Positions 9,756-18,834 of a stretch of 64,000 nucleotides of DNA are shown here, in pieces. This stretch comes from Thermodesulfobacteriota bacterium. Lineage in GTDB: Bacteria > Desulfobacterota > Desulfobulbia > Desulfobulbales > SURF-16. The stretch lies in assembly GCA_049323935.1 (NCBI GenBank), contig JBMONN010000024.1, forward strand, positions 16,926 through 80,925, given 5' to 3'. Made by a program: the position numbers and the translations under genes. Positions within the stretch are counted from its first letter, which is position 1; every line of letters begins with the position of its first letter. The notes under the pieces were generated by a model. The model did not search any database. It was not told the DNA's origin and saw nothing but the letters and a program-made list of their open reading frames with translations.

Positions 9756-11065
9756 TCACGAAACTGTCTTTTTTTCTGCTGCTCTTCGTTGTCGTCTCCT
9801 GTCCTGCCCTCCTTTGCACCGAAGCTGCTGACAGGATCCCGGCACTGACCCTTGACGACTGCATCGCCGCGGTGCTTGCAGACAACCCTCAAATTGCAGC
9901 CAGTCGCGCCGAACTGGCCCGCCGCCGGGCAGTGGGAAGCGGGGTTCGTAAGGATCTTTACCCGACCCTCTCCGGTCAATATGCTTATCTGCACCAACCG
10001 GATGCCATGATTCTCCCGGGGGAGCAGTTTTCCTACGGTCTGGTGGCCGAGCAACCCCTTTATCGCGGCAGGGCCCTGGTGACCGCAGTGCGGCAGGCCG
10101 ATCTGGCGGTGGAAACCGCAGCCTCAGATCTGGAAGAAATGATCAACTCCCTTGTCTACGAGGCACATCTCCGGTATTATGAACTGTTGCGAACCACCAA
10201 ACAGGCCGAAGAGGCGGCTCAGGCGGTGCTCCGACTTCAGTCCCATGTCCGGGACGCGAGGGCCTTTTACGAGGCCGGTCTCATTCCAAAAAATGACATG
10301 TTGCAGAGTGAGGTTGAGCTTGCCCAGGGAGAACAGGATCTGGTTGACGCCGAAACCCGACTGACCCTGGCCCAAGCACGGCTCAATATACTGATGCAAC
10401 GGCCGGTTGACACCCCTCTGCAGGTGAGTGATCCTGCTGAGGTCTCTTTTCCTGAACCGTCCTGGCAGAATGCCGTCCGCGAAGCCTTGGCCCGGCGACC
10501 TGAGATGAGCCGCGCGGAGCAGGAAATTGTCATGGCAGAGAACGACATCATCCTGAAAAAAGCGCCCTATCTGCCATCAGTTTCCCTGTCCGCCTCTTAT
10601 GAACGTATGGGGGACGAGGTGAGCGGCGCTCCTTACTCCCACGGCCCCCATGAGGTGAAAACCATCAAGGCCATGGCCAGCTGGAAGTTGTGGACCTGGC
10701 GACAGGATCGTGACGAGGTCATCGCCGCGAAAGAAAATCTTACGAAAACAAAAGAGCTGGCAATAACAATCCGCAACGAGGTGACCCTTGACGTCAGAGA
10801 TGCCTTTCTTCGGCTGCAACAGGCGGAAAAGAGAATCGCTGTGACGGAAAAGGCCATCGAACACGCCCGGGAAAATTATCGGATCAACAAGGCGCAGTAT
10901 CAAGTTCAGCTTGCCACTTCCACTGCTGTCCTTGACGCCCAGACCCTGTTGACCCGGGCCATGACCAATTATCACGATGCCCTTTACGATTATCGTCTGG
11001 CAGTGGCGGCGCTGGACAGGGCAAAGGGTGCTTTCGCCACACTCTCAACGACCGAGAATGAATAA
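9752..11065 (+). CDS. TolC family outer membrane efflux protein
   Basis: Signal peptide MITKLSFFLLLFVVVSCPALL. Two repeated coiled alpha/beta halves with the typical TolC heptad patterns (YEAGLIPKNDMLQSEVELAQ..., YRINKAQYQVQLATSTAVLDAQ). Confidence 0.8.
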   Translation: MITKLSFFLLLFVVVSCPALLCTEAADRIPALTLDDCIAAVLADNPQIAASRAELARRRAVGSGVRKDLYPTLSGQYAYLHQPDAMILPGEQFSYGLVAEQPLYRGRALVTAVRQADLAVETAASDLEEMINSLVYEAHLRYYELLRTTKQAEEAAQAVLRLQSHVRDARAFYEAGLIPKNDMLQSEVELAQGEQDLVDAETRLTLAQARLNILMQRPVDTPLQVSDPAEVSFPEPSWQNAVREALARRPEMSRAEQEIVMAENDIILKKAPYLPSVSLSASYERMGDEVSGAPYSHGPHEVKTIKAMASWKLWTWRQDRDEVIAAKENLTKTKELAITIRNEVTLDVRDAFLRLQQAEKRIAVTEKAIEHARENYRINKAQYQVQLATSTAVLDAQTLLTRAMTNYHDALYDYRLAVAALDRAKGAFATLSTTENE

Positions 11066-12389
11066 AAAACTGCTTTACATCGAAACATTCGGCTGTCAGA
11101 TGAATGACCGGGATTCGGAAATCATGCGGCAGCTTTTAAGGCCCGGATACGACTCAGCCGCCTCGCTGCAGGAAGCCGATGCCATTATCGTCAACACCTG
11201 CAGCATCCGCGGCAAGGCTGAACAGAAGGCCTACAGTCTGCTTGGCGCCCTGCGCAGGAGAAAACGGGAAAAACCGGGCCTGATCATTGCCGCCACCGGC
11301 TGTGTTGCCCAGCAGGAGGGGGCGAAGATGCTTTCCCGGATGCCCCATGTCGATCTTGTCGTCGGACCGCAGCATATTTATCGCCTGCCCGATCTGTTCC
11401 GCCAGGCGGAATCCCGCAGCGGCGGCATCGTAGCCATTGAACAGGACACGTCCTTCCGGATCCCCCCTTTCCTTCCGTCCTTGCGCCATGGTCAGCCTCA
11501 CAAACGCTTTGTCACCATCATGCAGGGTTGCAACAATTTCTGCACCTACTGTATCGTTCCCTACACCCGTGGTCGGGAGATCAGCCGCCGGACCGATGAT
11601 ATCCTGACAGAGATTCGCCACCTGGCGGCCGGTGGTGTCCGCGAGATCACTCTGCTTGGCCAGAACGTCAACTCCTACGGCAACGACCAGCCGGTCAACG
11701 AACGTACCTCCTTTGCCAACCTGCTCCGCCAGGTTGCCGGGGTTGACGGGATCGAGAGAATCCGTTTTACCACCTCGAACCCCAAGGACCTCTCCGAGGA
11801 ATTGATGTGCTGCTTCACCGAACTGGAGAAGCTGTGTCATCATTTCCATCTGCCGGTGCAGGCGGGTTCCAACCAGGTGCTCAAACGGATGAATCGTCGA
11901 TACACCATTGAAAACTATCTGGAGAAAGTGGAGAAACTTCGCGCATACTGCCCGGAAATCGCCCTCACCACCGATATCATAGTTGGTTTTCCGGGAGAAA
12001 GTCGGCAGGATTTTGAGTCGACCATGGACCTGCTGCGTCTGGTGCGTTATCATGGCGCCTTTTCTTTCAAATATTCAAGCCGACCGCCGGCCCGATCCTG
12101 TGATTTTGCAGAGACGGTGAGTGAAGAGGAAAAGATCGAGCGACTGGCTGAACTGCAGGAGCTGCAAAAGGAGATCTCTCTTGCCCGCCATCGGGAGTAC
12201 ATCGGCAAAACAGTGCGCCTGATGGTTGAAGGGGAAAGCCGATCAGAGGACGGTAATCAGTGGGCCGGTCGCAGCAGCAGCAATCACACGGTCAACTTCA
12301 TCTCCCCTGCCCCGCTGTTTCCTGGACAGTTTGTTGATGTCATCATCCGCGAGGCCTGCCTCAACTCCCTGCGGGGCGAAATGCTATGA
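11058..12389 (+). CDS. miaB: tRNA-i6A37 methylthiotransferase
   Basis: LYIETFGCQMNDRDSE N-terminal cluster, radical SAM motif GCNNFCTYCIVPYTRG, C-terminal TRAM domain. ATG 11058 overlaps the tolC-like stop by 8 nt. Confidence 0.9.
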   Translation: MNKKLLYIETFGCQMNDRDSEIMRQLLRPGYDSAASLQEADAIIVNTCSIRGKAEQKAYSLLGALRRRKREKPGLIIAATGCVAQQEGAKMLSRMPHVDLVVGPQHIYRLPDLFRQAESRSGGIVAIEQDTSFRIPPFLPSLRHGQPHKRFVTIMQGCNNFCTYCIVPYTRGREISRRTDDILTEIRHLAAGGVREITLLGQNVNSYGNDQPVNERTSFANLLRQVAGVDGIERIRFTTSNPKDLSEELMCCFTELEKLCHHFHLPVQAGSNQVLKRMNRRYTIENYLEKVEKLRAYCPEIALTTDIIVGFPGESRQDFESTMDLLRLVRYHGAFSFKYSSRPPARSCDFAETVSEEEKIERLAELQELQKEISLARHREYIGKTVRLMVEGESRSEDGNQWAGRSSSNHTVNFISPAPLFPGQFVDVIIREACLNSLRGEML

Positions 12390-12438
12390 TCTTTTATTCC
12401 GTCAGGAACAAGATCCCATCACGAGAAGGAGAACACCC

Positions 12439-13086
12439 ATGATCGATCTGCATACCCACTGTTTCTTCAGCGACGGCGAACTGGTGCCGGCCGAACATCT
12501 GCGTCGGGTCGAGGTGCTCGGTTACGAGGCCATCGCCATCACCGATCATGCCGATTCCTCCAATATCGATTTTCTTGTTCCCCGCATTCTCAAAGCGGCC
12601 CAGGATATGAACCGCTACGCCACCACCCGGCTGCTGGCCGGCATCGAGCTGACCCATGTGCCGCCGGAACTGATGGCGCAATTGACTGCCCATGCACGCA
12701 AACTCGGGGCCCAGGTGGTGGTCGGCCATGGTGAGACCATTGTCGAACCGGTCCGGCCCGGCACCAACCGGGCAGCCATCGAGGCCGGCGTCGACGTGCT
12801 GGCTCATCCCGGCTTCCTCAGCCGTGAGGATGCCCGACTGGCGGCGGAAAAGGGGGTGATGATCGAGCTGTCCGGCCGCAAGGGGCATTCCCTCACCAAT
12901 GGCCATGTGGCGAAAATCGCCGAGGAGTGCGGGGCGCGGCTGGTGGTCAACGCCGATGCTCACGGACCGGGTGATTTTCTCACTGCTGAGATGGCTCGCA
13001 AGGTTGCTTTGGGCGCCGGGTTGAGCCATGAACGCTACGAGGGGATTCGCCGCGATATGGCGGACTTTGTCCGATCCATCAGATAA
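12439..13086 (+). CDS. PHP domain (histidinol-phosphatase family) protein
   Basis: MIDLHTHCFFSDG N-terminal metal motif, ITDHAD, NADAHGP. AAGGAG RBS lies before ATG 12439. Confidence 0.7.
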   Translation: MIDLHTHCFFSDGELVPAEHLRRVEVLGYEAIAITDHADSSNIDFLVPRILKAAQDMNRYATTRLLAGIELTHVPPELMAQLTAHARKLGAQVVVGHGETIVEPVRPGTNRAAIEAGVDVLAHPGFLSREDARLAAEKGVMIELSGRKGHSLTNGHVAKIAEECGARLVVNADAHGPGDFLTAEMARKVALGAGLSHERYEGIRRDMADFVRSIR

Positions 13087-13099
13087 GAGGCGGCGTTAA

Positions 13100-13215
13100 T
13101 TTTTTTTCTCCTCAGGGCACGGAGAACACGGAGCAAATATTCTGAATGACGAAATGACAATCAGTTATCTCCGTAAGCTCTGTGATCTCTGTGGTTGGTT
13201 TTCATTTTTCCTGTC
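13100..13215. repeat. family A inverted-repeat element (copy A2)
   Basis: Arms CAGGGCACGGAGAACACGGAG (13113-13133) and CTCCGTAAGCTCTGTGATCTCTGTGG (13169-13194). The right arm supplies the last codons and the stop of comEA. Confidence 0.6.
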
Positions 13216-13617
13216 GCCAAGCCGGCAATAGCCGATGATCCCGGCCAGCTTGGCCGGCCCGATGCCGGGCACGTCAAGCAGCTCGCTTATCCGGGAATAG
13301 CCATTACGCTTATCCCTGAGGGCGATAATCCGTTGGGAAATGGCGGGACCGATGCCGGGGATAATCTGCAGCAGTTCCGCGTCCGCCTGATTGAGATCGA
13401 TGGGAAGAAAAAAGAGTGGTGCGAACTCCTGCTGTTCGGCGGTTCGGAGCAGATGAGCCGGCGGCAGGTCAGCCGCCGGCGGGGTCTGATCGCGAAAAAA
13501 AAATGAAACCAGGCTGGACAGGACGATCAGCAGACCTGCGCCGAGGAGGACGACGATGCGCTCATCCCTGTCCTGACAGGCTTTTATCTCCTCAGGCCGG
13601 CTGTTTCCGTTTTTCAT
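13165..13617 (-). CDS. comEA: ComEA family helix-hairpin-helix DNA-binding protein
   Basis: N-terminal TM segment, then tandem HhH motifs LLQIIPGIGPAISQRI and LLDVPGIGPAKLAGI. Confidence 0.8.
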   Translation of the reverse strand: MKNGNSRPEEIKACQDRDERIVVLLGAGLLIVLSSLVSFFFRDQTPPAADLPPAHLLRTAEQQEFAPLFFLPIDLNQADAELLQIIPGIGPAISQRIIALRDKRNGYSRISELLDVPGIGPAKLAGIIGYCRLGDRKNENQPQRSQSLRR

Positions 13618-15193
13618 CCTTCATCAGTTTATAGCTGATACTGTCCACCAGCGCCTGCCAGCTTGCCTCAAGGATATCATGGGAGACACCGACGGTACCC
13701 CATTCGGACTCCTTGTCGCGTGATTCGATCAGCACCCTGACCCGGGCCCCGGTGCCATGCTCGCTGGCCAGGACGCGGACTCGGTAATCACTGAGCCACA
13801 TCTCGGCAAGGGTCGGATAAAACCGTGACAGGGCCTTGCGGAGAGCATTGTCCAAGGCATTGACCGGACCGTCGCCCAAGGCAGCGGTATGGACCATCTC
13901 ACCGCCCACCTCAAGACGAATGGTTGCCTCAGCCTGGGGCGGCTGATCCATATCGGTTTTCTGGTTGATGACCCGAAAACCGAGCAGGGTAAAGTATCGG
14001 CGCTGGACACCGAGAGCGCGGCGCATCAACAGCTCGAAAGACGCCTCTGCCCCTTCATACTGAAAACCCTGATCTTCGAGGGTCTTTAACTCCTTGAGGA
14101 TCGAGGTGACCACCGGATCATGACTGTCGAGGTCGATGCCGAACTTTTTCGCCTTGTGGAGGACATTGCTGCGACCCGACTGATCGGAAATGAGAATGCG
14201 GCGGATATTGCCGATCCTCTCCGGGTCGATGTGTTCGTAAGTCAGCGGGTTTCGCTTCACCGCGCTGACATGGATGCCGCCTTTGTGGGCAAAGGCCGAG
14301 GCGCCGACATAGGGCTGGTAGCGGTTGTGCGGCAGATTGGCCAGCTCGTTGATAAACCGGGAGGTCTCGCTGAGTTTTTTCAGATTGTTGGCGGCTGAGA
14401 ACTGATATCCCTGCTTCAGGGCCAGGGCCGGGATGACAGAGGTCAGATTACAGTTGCCGCACCGTTCACCATAGCCGTTGATGGTGCCCTGTACCTGGGA
14501 GGCGCCCATGGCAATGGCGACCAGGGAATTGGCCACCGCCGTTTCCGAATCGTTGTGGGCGTGGATGCCGAGTTCCACCTCGTGCCCGTGACGGGCCAGG
14601 AAATTGCGCACCTCCTGGAAGATCTCGGGCAGCTCGTTAGGCAAGGTGCCGCCGTTGGTGTCGCACAGCACCAGGATTTCCGCCCCGCCCCGCACCGCCC
14701 GATCGAGGCTTGCCAAGGCGTAGTCCCGGTTATGCTTGAAGCCGTCGAAAAAATGTTCGGCGTCGTAGAAGAGATGTCTGACATGGGGCCGGAGATGGGC
14801 CAGGGAATCCTCGATGATGAGCAGGTTGTCCTCCAGCTCGATGCGCAGCGCCTCACGGACATGGATATCCCAGCTTTTGCCGAAGATGGTGATTACCGGG
14901 GTGCGGGCCGCAATCAGGGCCTGCAGGTTGGCGTCGGCATCGACGGGATTATGAAAGAGCCGGGTGCTGCCAAAGGCGGCGAGCTGCACATGCTTGAGTT
15001 CATAATTGCGCATCTCATCGAAAAACCGGGTCGCCGCAGGATTAGCGCCGGGCCAGCCGCCTTCGACAAAATCGATACCCAGCTCGTCGAGTTTCAGGGT
15101 GACCCGCACCTTGTCCTCCACGGACAGGTTGAAGTTTTCCGCCTGGCATCCGTCACGCAGGGTGGTATCGTATATTGTCAGTCGTCTGCTCAT
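13592..15193 (-). CDS. cimA: citramalate synthase (2-isopropylmalate synthase family)
   Basis: LTIYDTTLRDGCQAENF HMGL-like N-terminus, HAHNDSETAVANS motif, C-terminal LeuA-dimer-like regulatory domain. The 533 aa length fits CimA-type enzymes. Confidence 0.8.
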   Translation of the reverse strand: MSRRLTIYDTTLRDGCQAENFNLSVEDKVRVTLKLDELGIDFVEGGWPGANPAATRFFDEMRNYELKHVQLAAFGSTRLFHNPVDADANLQALIAARTPVITIFGKSWDIHVREALRIELEDNLLIIEDSLAHLRPHVRHLFYDAEHFFDGFKHNRDYALASLDRAVRGGAEILVLCDTNGGTLPNELPEIFQEVRNFLARHGHEVELGIHAHNDSETAVANSLVAIAMGASQVQGTINGYGERCGNCNLTSVIPALALKQGYQFSAANNLKKLSETSRFINELANLPHNRYQPYVGASAFAHKGGIHVSAVKRNPLTYEHIDPERIGNIRRILISDQSGRSNVLHKAKKFGIDLDSHDPVVTSILKELKTLEDQGFQYEGAEASFELLMRRALGVQRRYFTLLGFRVINQKTDMDQPPQAEATIRLEVGGEMVHTAALGDGPVNALDNALRKALSRFYPTLAEMWLSDYRVRVLASEHGTGARVRVLIESRDKESEWGTVGVSHDILEASWQALVDSISYKLMKDEKRKQPA

Positions 15194-15205
15194 GATCTCT
15201 CCGTT

Positions 15206-16447
15206 TTACTGGTGTTCTTCCAATGGGGCATTTTCCTTATCCAGCTCAAAGGCGTCGTGGAGGGCGCGGACGGCGAGCTCGGTGTATTTTTCATCGATAA
15301 TGCAGGAGATCTTGATCTCCGAGGTGGAGATCATCAGAATATTGATGTTTTCCCGCGCCAGGATGTGAAACATGGTGGTGGCGATGCCGGAATGATTGCG
15401 CATGCCGACACCGACGATGGACACCTTGGCGATTTTCTGGTCACCGGTGACGCTTTCCGCCCCTATCTCTTTGGCGATCTTTTCCACGATCAGCATCGCC
15501 CGGTCATAATCGGTGCGGGGTACGGTGAAGGTCATGTCCGTCATTTCGCCTTCCCGGGTATTTTGAATAATCATGTCCACCACGATGCCGGCATCGGAAA
15601 TCGGATTGAAAATACGTGAGGCGATGCCCGGCTTGTCCGGCACCCTGGTGAAGGTGATGCGCGCCTCGTTCTTGTTGTATGTAACACCTGAAACCAGCAT
15701 GGACTCCATCATTTTATCCTCCTCAACGACCCATGTCCCCGGTGTCTGCGTAAAGGTCGACCGGACATGGACCGGTACTCTGTATCGTTTCGCCAGACCC
15801 ACGGAACGGATATCCAGCACCTTGGCGCCGAGGCTCGCGAGTTCCAGCATTTCATCATAGGTTATTCTGTCAATCTTGCGGGCGGACGGACAGACGTTGG
15901 GGTCGGTGGTGTAAACCCCCTCAACATCGGTATAGATTTCACACTCATCCGCCTTCAGGGCCGCGGCCAGGGCGACGGCCGTGGTGTCGGAACCGCCCCG
16001 GCCCAGGGTGGTGATGTCTCCCTCTTCCGTCACCCCCTGAAAACCGGCGACAACGACAATCCTGCCATGATTGAGATGATTTTTGATCAGGTCGGCGTTG
16101 ATCTCCTTGATGCGCGCCTTGGTGTGCATGGCATCGGTGCTGATCTTTACCTGGTCGCCGAGCAGGGAAACCGAATCAAACCCGGCCGCCTTGACCGCCA
16201 TGGCAAACAAAGCCACTGTGATCTGCTCACCGGTGGCCAGCAAAACATCCATCTCCCGCGGGTCGGGAATGGTCTGCATCTGTTTGCCGAGGGCGACCAG
16301 ACGGTTGGTCTCGCCGGCCATGGCCGACAGGACGACAACCATTTGGTTGCCTTTCCGGTGGTTTTCCATGACCCGGTCCGCTACGGCCTTGATTTTTTCC
16401 GGATTGGCAACAGAGGTACCGCCAAATTTTTGAACAATTAACGCCAT
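15206..16447 (-). CDS. lysC: aspartate kinase
   Basis: [14 protein letters not shown]-terminus, GRGGSDTTA motif, two C-terminal ACT domains. Start set at the internal ATG 16447. Confidence 0.9.
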   Translation of the reverse strand: MALIVQKFGGTSVANPEKIKAVADRVMENHRKGNQMVVVLSAMAGETNRLVALGKQMQTIPDPREMDVLLATGEQITVALFAMAVKAAGFDSVSLLGDQVKISTDAMHTKARIKEINADLIKNHLNHGRIVVVAGFQGVTEEGDITTLGRGGSDTTAVALAAALKADECEIYTDVEGVYTTDPNVCPSARKIDRITYDEMLELASLGAKVLDIRSVGLAKRYRVPVHVRSTFTQTPGTWVVEEDKMMESMLVSGVTYNKNEARITFTRVPDKPGIASRIFNPISDAGIVVDMIIQNTREGEMTDMTFTVPRTDYDRAMLIVEKIAKEIGAESVTGDQKIAKVSIVGVGMRNHSGIATTMFHILARENINILMISTSEIKISCIIDEKYTELAVRALHDAFELDKENAPLEEHQ

Positions 16448-16942
16448 TGAACGAAACACTCCTGTCAAAATTCGTGATGGGCGGTATCTGACGATACGCC
16501 CGATTGCATGACTTTACCCGGGATAACTCCTTTCGGAACGAGGCAGCGTCCCATGCCGGCATGAAAATTTCATGCAAAAGGCACAGGACTTGCGTATGCA
16601 CGCCGTCAGTGAGGGTCCGAAAGGATCATTAATTACCAGGAAACACGGCGGATTATCAAGGATAAAGAGAACTGGAACAAAAAAAGTCCATGCGGAAAAC
16701 AACACGAGCAGGTAGCGGCTACACAACATAACACATTAAAATATAAGCATATTTTCTTTTTTGCAAAATTAGGTATTGTAATAACAGACGGATCTTGCTA
16801 GAAAATTGATGATCGTTGCCGAAGGACGCAGAGGTTTTGCCGAAAAATCTCCCGTCCCATTTCGGCCGCCGGGACAAGCGTCTTTTGCGATACCGTCACC
16901 GGCAGAGCATGGTTTTTCATGCCTGCAAAAAGAGGACTTTTT

Positions 16943-18271
16943 ATGACGAAGGAACACAAAACGCTGCTGATGAATTTCGCCATTGTTGTTTTTGTCGCCG
17001 CCGGCATCATCGCCGGTCTTGCCCGTTTCCAGACCAACCTGTCTCCAGCCGACGCCACCGCATCATTATCGCCTGCTGAAGAGACCGAACCGCAACCCAA
17101 CGAACCAGCCGGCGATTACTTCCACACCCTGGTCGAAGGCCGGCTGCTGCGTGGCGAATCCCTGAGCGCGTCGCTGGCAAGAGACAACCTCCCGGCCGAG
17201 GTACGACGTCAGATCGTCGACTATCTGGCAGACTGCCTCGATTTTCGTCGTCTGCGTCCCAACGACACCTATCGTGTCTACCTGGACGAGGAGGGAAAAC
17301 TGCTCCGTTGCGAATACGAATCCGGTCCTCTCGACAGTTATTCCGTTATCAGGGAAAACGACGACACCTTTAAGGCACAGAAAGAGGCGGTTGACCTCAA
17401 CGTCAAGACCTGCATGGTTGACGGTGAGATTTCCTCTTCCCTCTTTGATGCTTTTTCCCGCTCCAATCTGCAACCCTCCCTGCTGTATGCCTTTGCCGAC
17501 ATCTTTGCCTCCCGGATCGATTTCAATACGGAAACCCGCAAAGGCGATACCTTCCGCCTCGTTTTTGAAGAGTATTACAAGGATGACTCTTTCATCGGCT
17601 ACGGCAAAATTCTCTTTGCCCGCTATCAGCAGATTGACTCCCATTCGTTCGAGGGCTATTACTACGCAACGGACGATCAGGAGCGTGGCGCCTACTATGA
17701 CGCCGCAGGCAATGAGCTCGGCGCCTTTTTCATCAAGTCTCCGGTTCCGGTCGGGCGGGTCACCTCCAGCTTCACCCATAATCGCCGGCATCCCATTCTC
17801 GGGGTTGTTCGCCCTCATCTCGGGGTTGATCTCGCCGCACCGGTCGGTACCCCGATCATGGCAGCGGCGGACGGCAAGGTGGTCTCCATGGGGTTTGAAG
17901 GCGGTTTCGGCCGACAGATCGTCCTTTCCCATCAGGGTGGGTACAAAACCTATTACGGTCATCTCTCTCGTTTTGGCAAAGATCTCAAAAAAGGCGGGAT
18001 GGTCAGCCAGAAGGATATTATCGGCTATGTCGGTTCTTCCGGTCTTTCCACTGGCCCCCATCTTGATTATCGGGTTGAGCATCGGGGCCACTTCAAGGAT
18101 CCCCTCACCCTGAAAATGGACGCTCGCAGCGTCCTGGCAGGCGCTGATCTGGAGCGTTTCCGGCAAAACATCACGGAACTGTCCAGTATGATCGCTTCCG
18201 CTTCCGCCCCCCAGACCCTCTATGTACGACGCATGGTGGTGCAGTCCGACGAAAAGATCAGGCTGCTGTAG
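16943..18271 (+). CDS. M23 family metallopeptidase
   Basis: N-terminal TM segment; catalytic motifs HLGVDLAAPVGTPI and GSSGLSTGPHLDY. Confidence 0.8.
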   Translation: MTKEHKTLLMNFAIVVFVAAGIIAGLARFQTNLSPADATASLSPAEETEPQPNEPAGDYFHTLVEGRLLRGESLSASLARDNLPAEVRRQIVDYLADCLDFRRLRPNDTYRVYLDEEGKLLRCEYESGPLDSYSVIRENDDTFKAQKEAVDLNVKTCMVDGEISSSLFDAFSRSNLQPSLLYAFADIFASRIDFNTETRKGDTFRLVFEEYYKDDSFIGYGKILFARYQQIDSHSFEGYYYATDDQERGAYYDAAGNELGAFFIKSPVPVGRVTSSFTHNRRHPILGVVRPHLGVDLAAPVGTPIMAAADGKVVSMGFEGGFGRQIVLSHQGGYKTYYGHLSRFGKDLKKGGMVSQKDIIGYVGSSGLSTGPHLDYRVEHRGHFKDPLTLKMDARSVLAGADLERFRQNITELSSMIASASAPQTLYVRRMVVQSDEKIRLL

Positions 18272-18276
18272 CGATC

Positions 18277-18747
18277 TTGTCCCCTCTTCCCTTCAATATT
18301 GTCCTGGTGGAGCCGGAAATTCCTCCCAACACCGGCAGTATCGCCCGTCTCTGCGGCGCGACTGATACGGTACTCCATCTGGTCCGGCCACTCGGATTCA
18401 GCACTGACAATCGCTATCTGAAACGCGCCGGTCTTGATTACTGGCAATACGTCACCATCACATACTGGGACAGTCTTGACCAGTTTCTTGCCGCCCAGAG
18501 GGAAACAAAACTCTTTTTTTTCAGCAAGAAGGCAGCACAACCTTATACCGGGGCGTCCTTCAATCCCGGCGATTTTCTCATCTTCGGCAAGGAAACAAAA
18601 GGGCTGCCAGCGGACATTCTTCGCCTCTATCATGACCGCTGTTATTTTCTCCCGATGTCAAACCCTCACATCAGAAGCCTCAATCTGGCCATGGCGGCTG
18701 GTATTGTCCTTTATGAAGCAATCCGGCAGCAGGAGTGTCGGAAATAA
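18277..18747 (+). CDS. trmL: tRNA (cytidine/uridine-2'-O)-methyltransferase, SpoU/TrmL type
   Basis: 156 aa SPOUT protein: FNIVLVEPEIPPNTGSIARLC, FGKETKGLP, SLNLAMAAGIVLYEA. Confidence 0.8.
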   Translation: MSPLPFNIVLVEPEIPPNTGSIARLCGATDTVLHLVRPLGFSTDNRYLKRAGLDYWQYVTITYWDSLDQFLAAQRETKLFFFSKKAAQPYTGASFNPGDFLIFGKETKGLPADILRLYHDRCYFLPMSNPHIRSLNLAMAAGIVLYEAIRQQECRK

Positions 18748-18834
18748 TTTTTTTCTCCTTTACCCGCTTTCTCCATCTTGCTATTATTTTTTTTATTTTC
18801 TAAACAAATTCCGCCCTTTTCTGATTTGCCGTAA

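Noticed and set aside
14555-15619. 354-aa plus-strand ORF, and similar long antisense ORFs (17066-18166, 21972-22994, 25119-26315, 26617-27780, 35682-36578, 54426-55661)
   Set aside because: Each one overlaps a confidently identified gene on the other strand (cimA/lysC, M23 peptidase, Mo-enzyme, apgM, hom, cheV, traC). None has a motif or a plausible RBS.
16448-16760. Lysine riboswitch (L-box) or other riboswitch in the long leader upstream of lysC
   Set aside because: Several hairpins are present (a palindrome GCATGAAAATTTCATGC around 16559-16575, and GGGCGTATC..GATACCGCCC). I could not find the conserved L-box blocks, and no stem is followed by a T-run. The evidence is insufficient.
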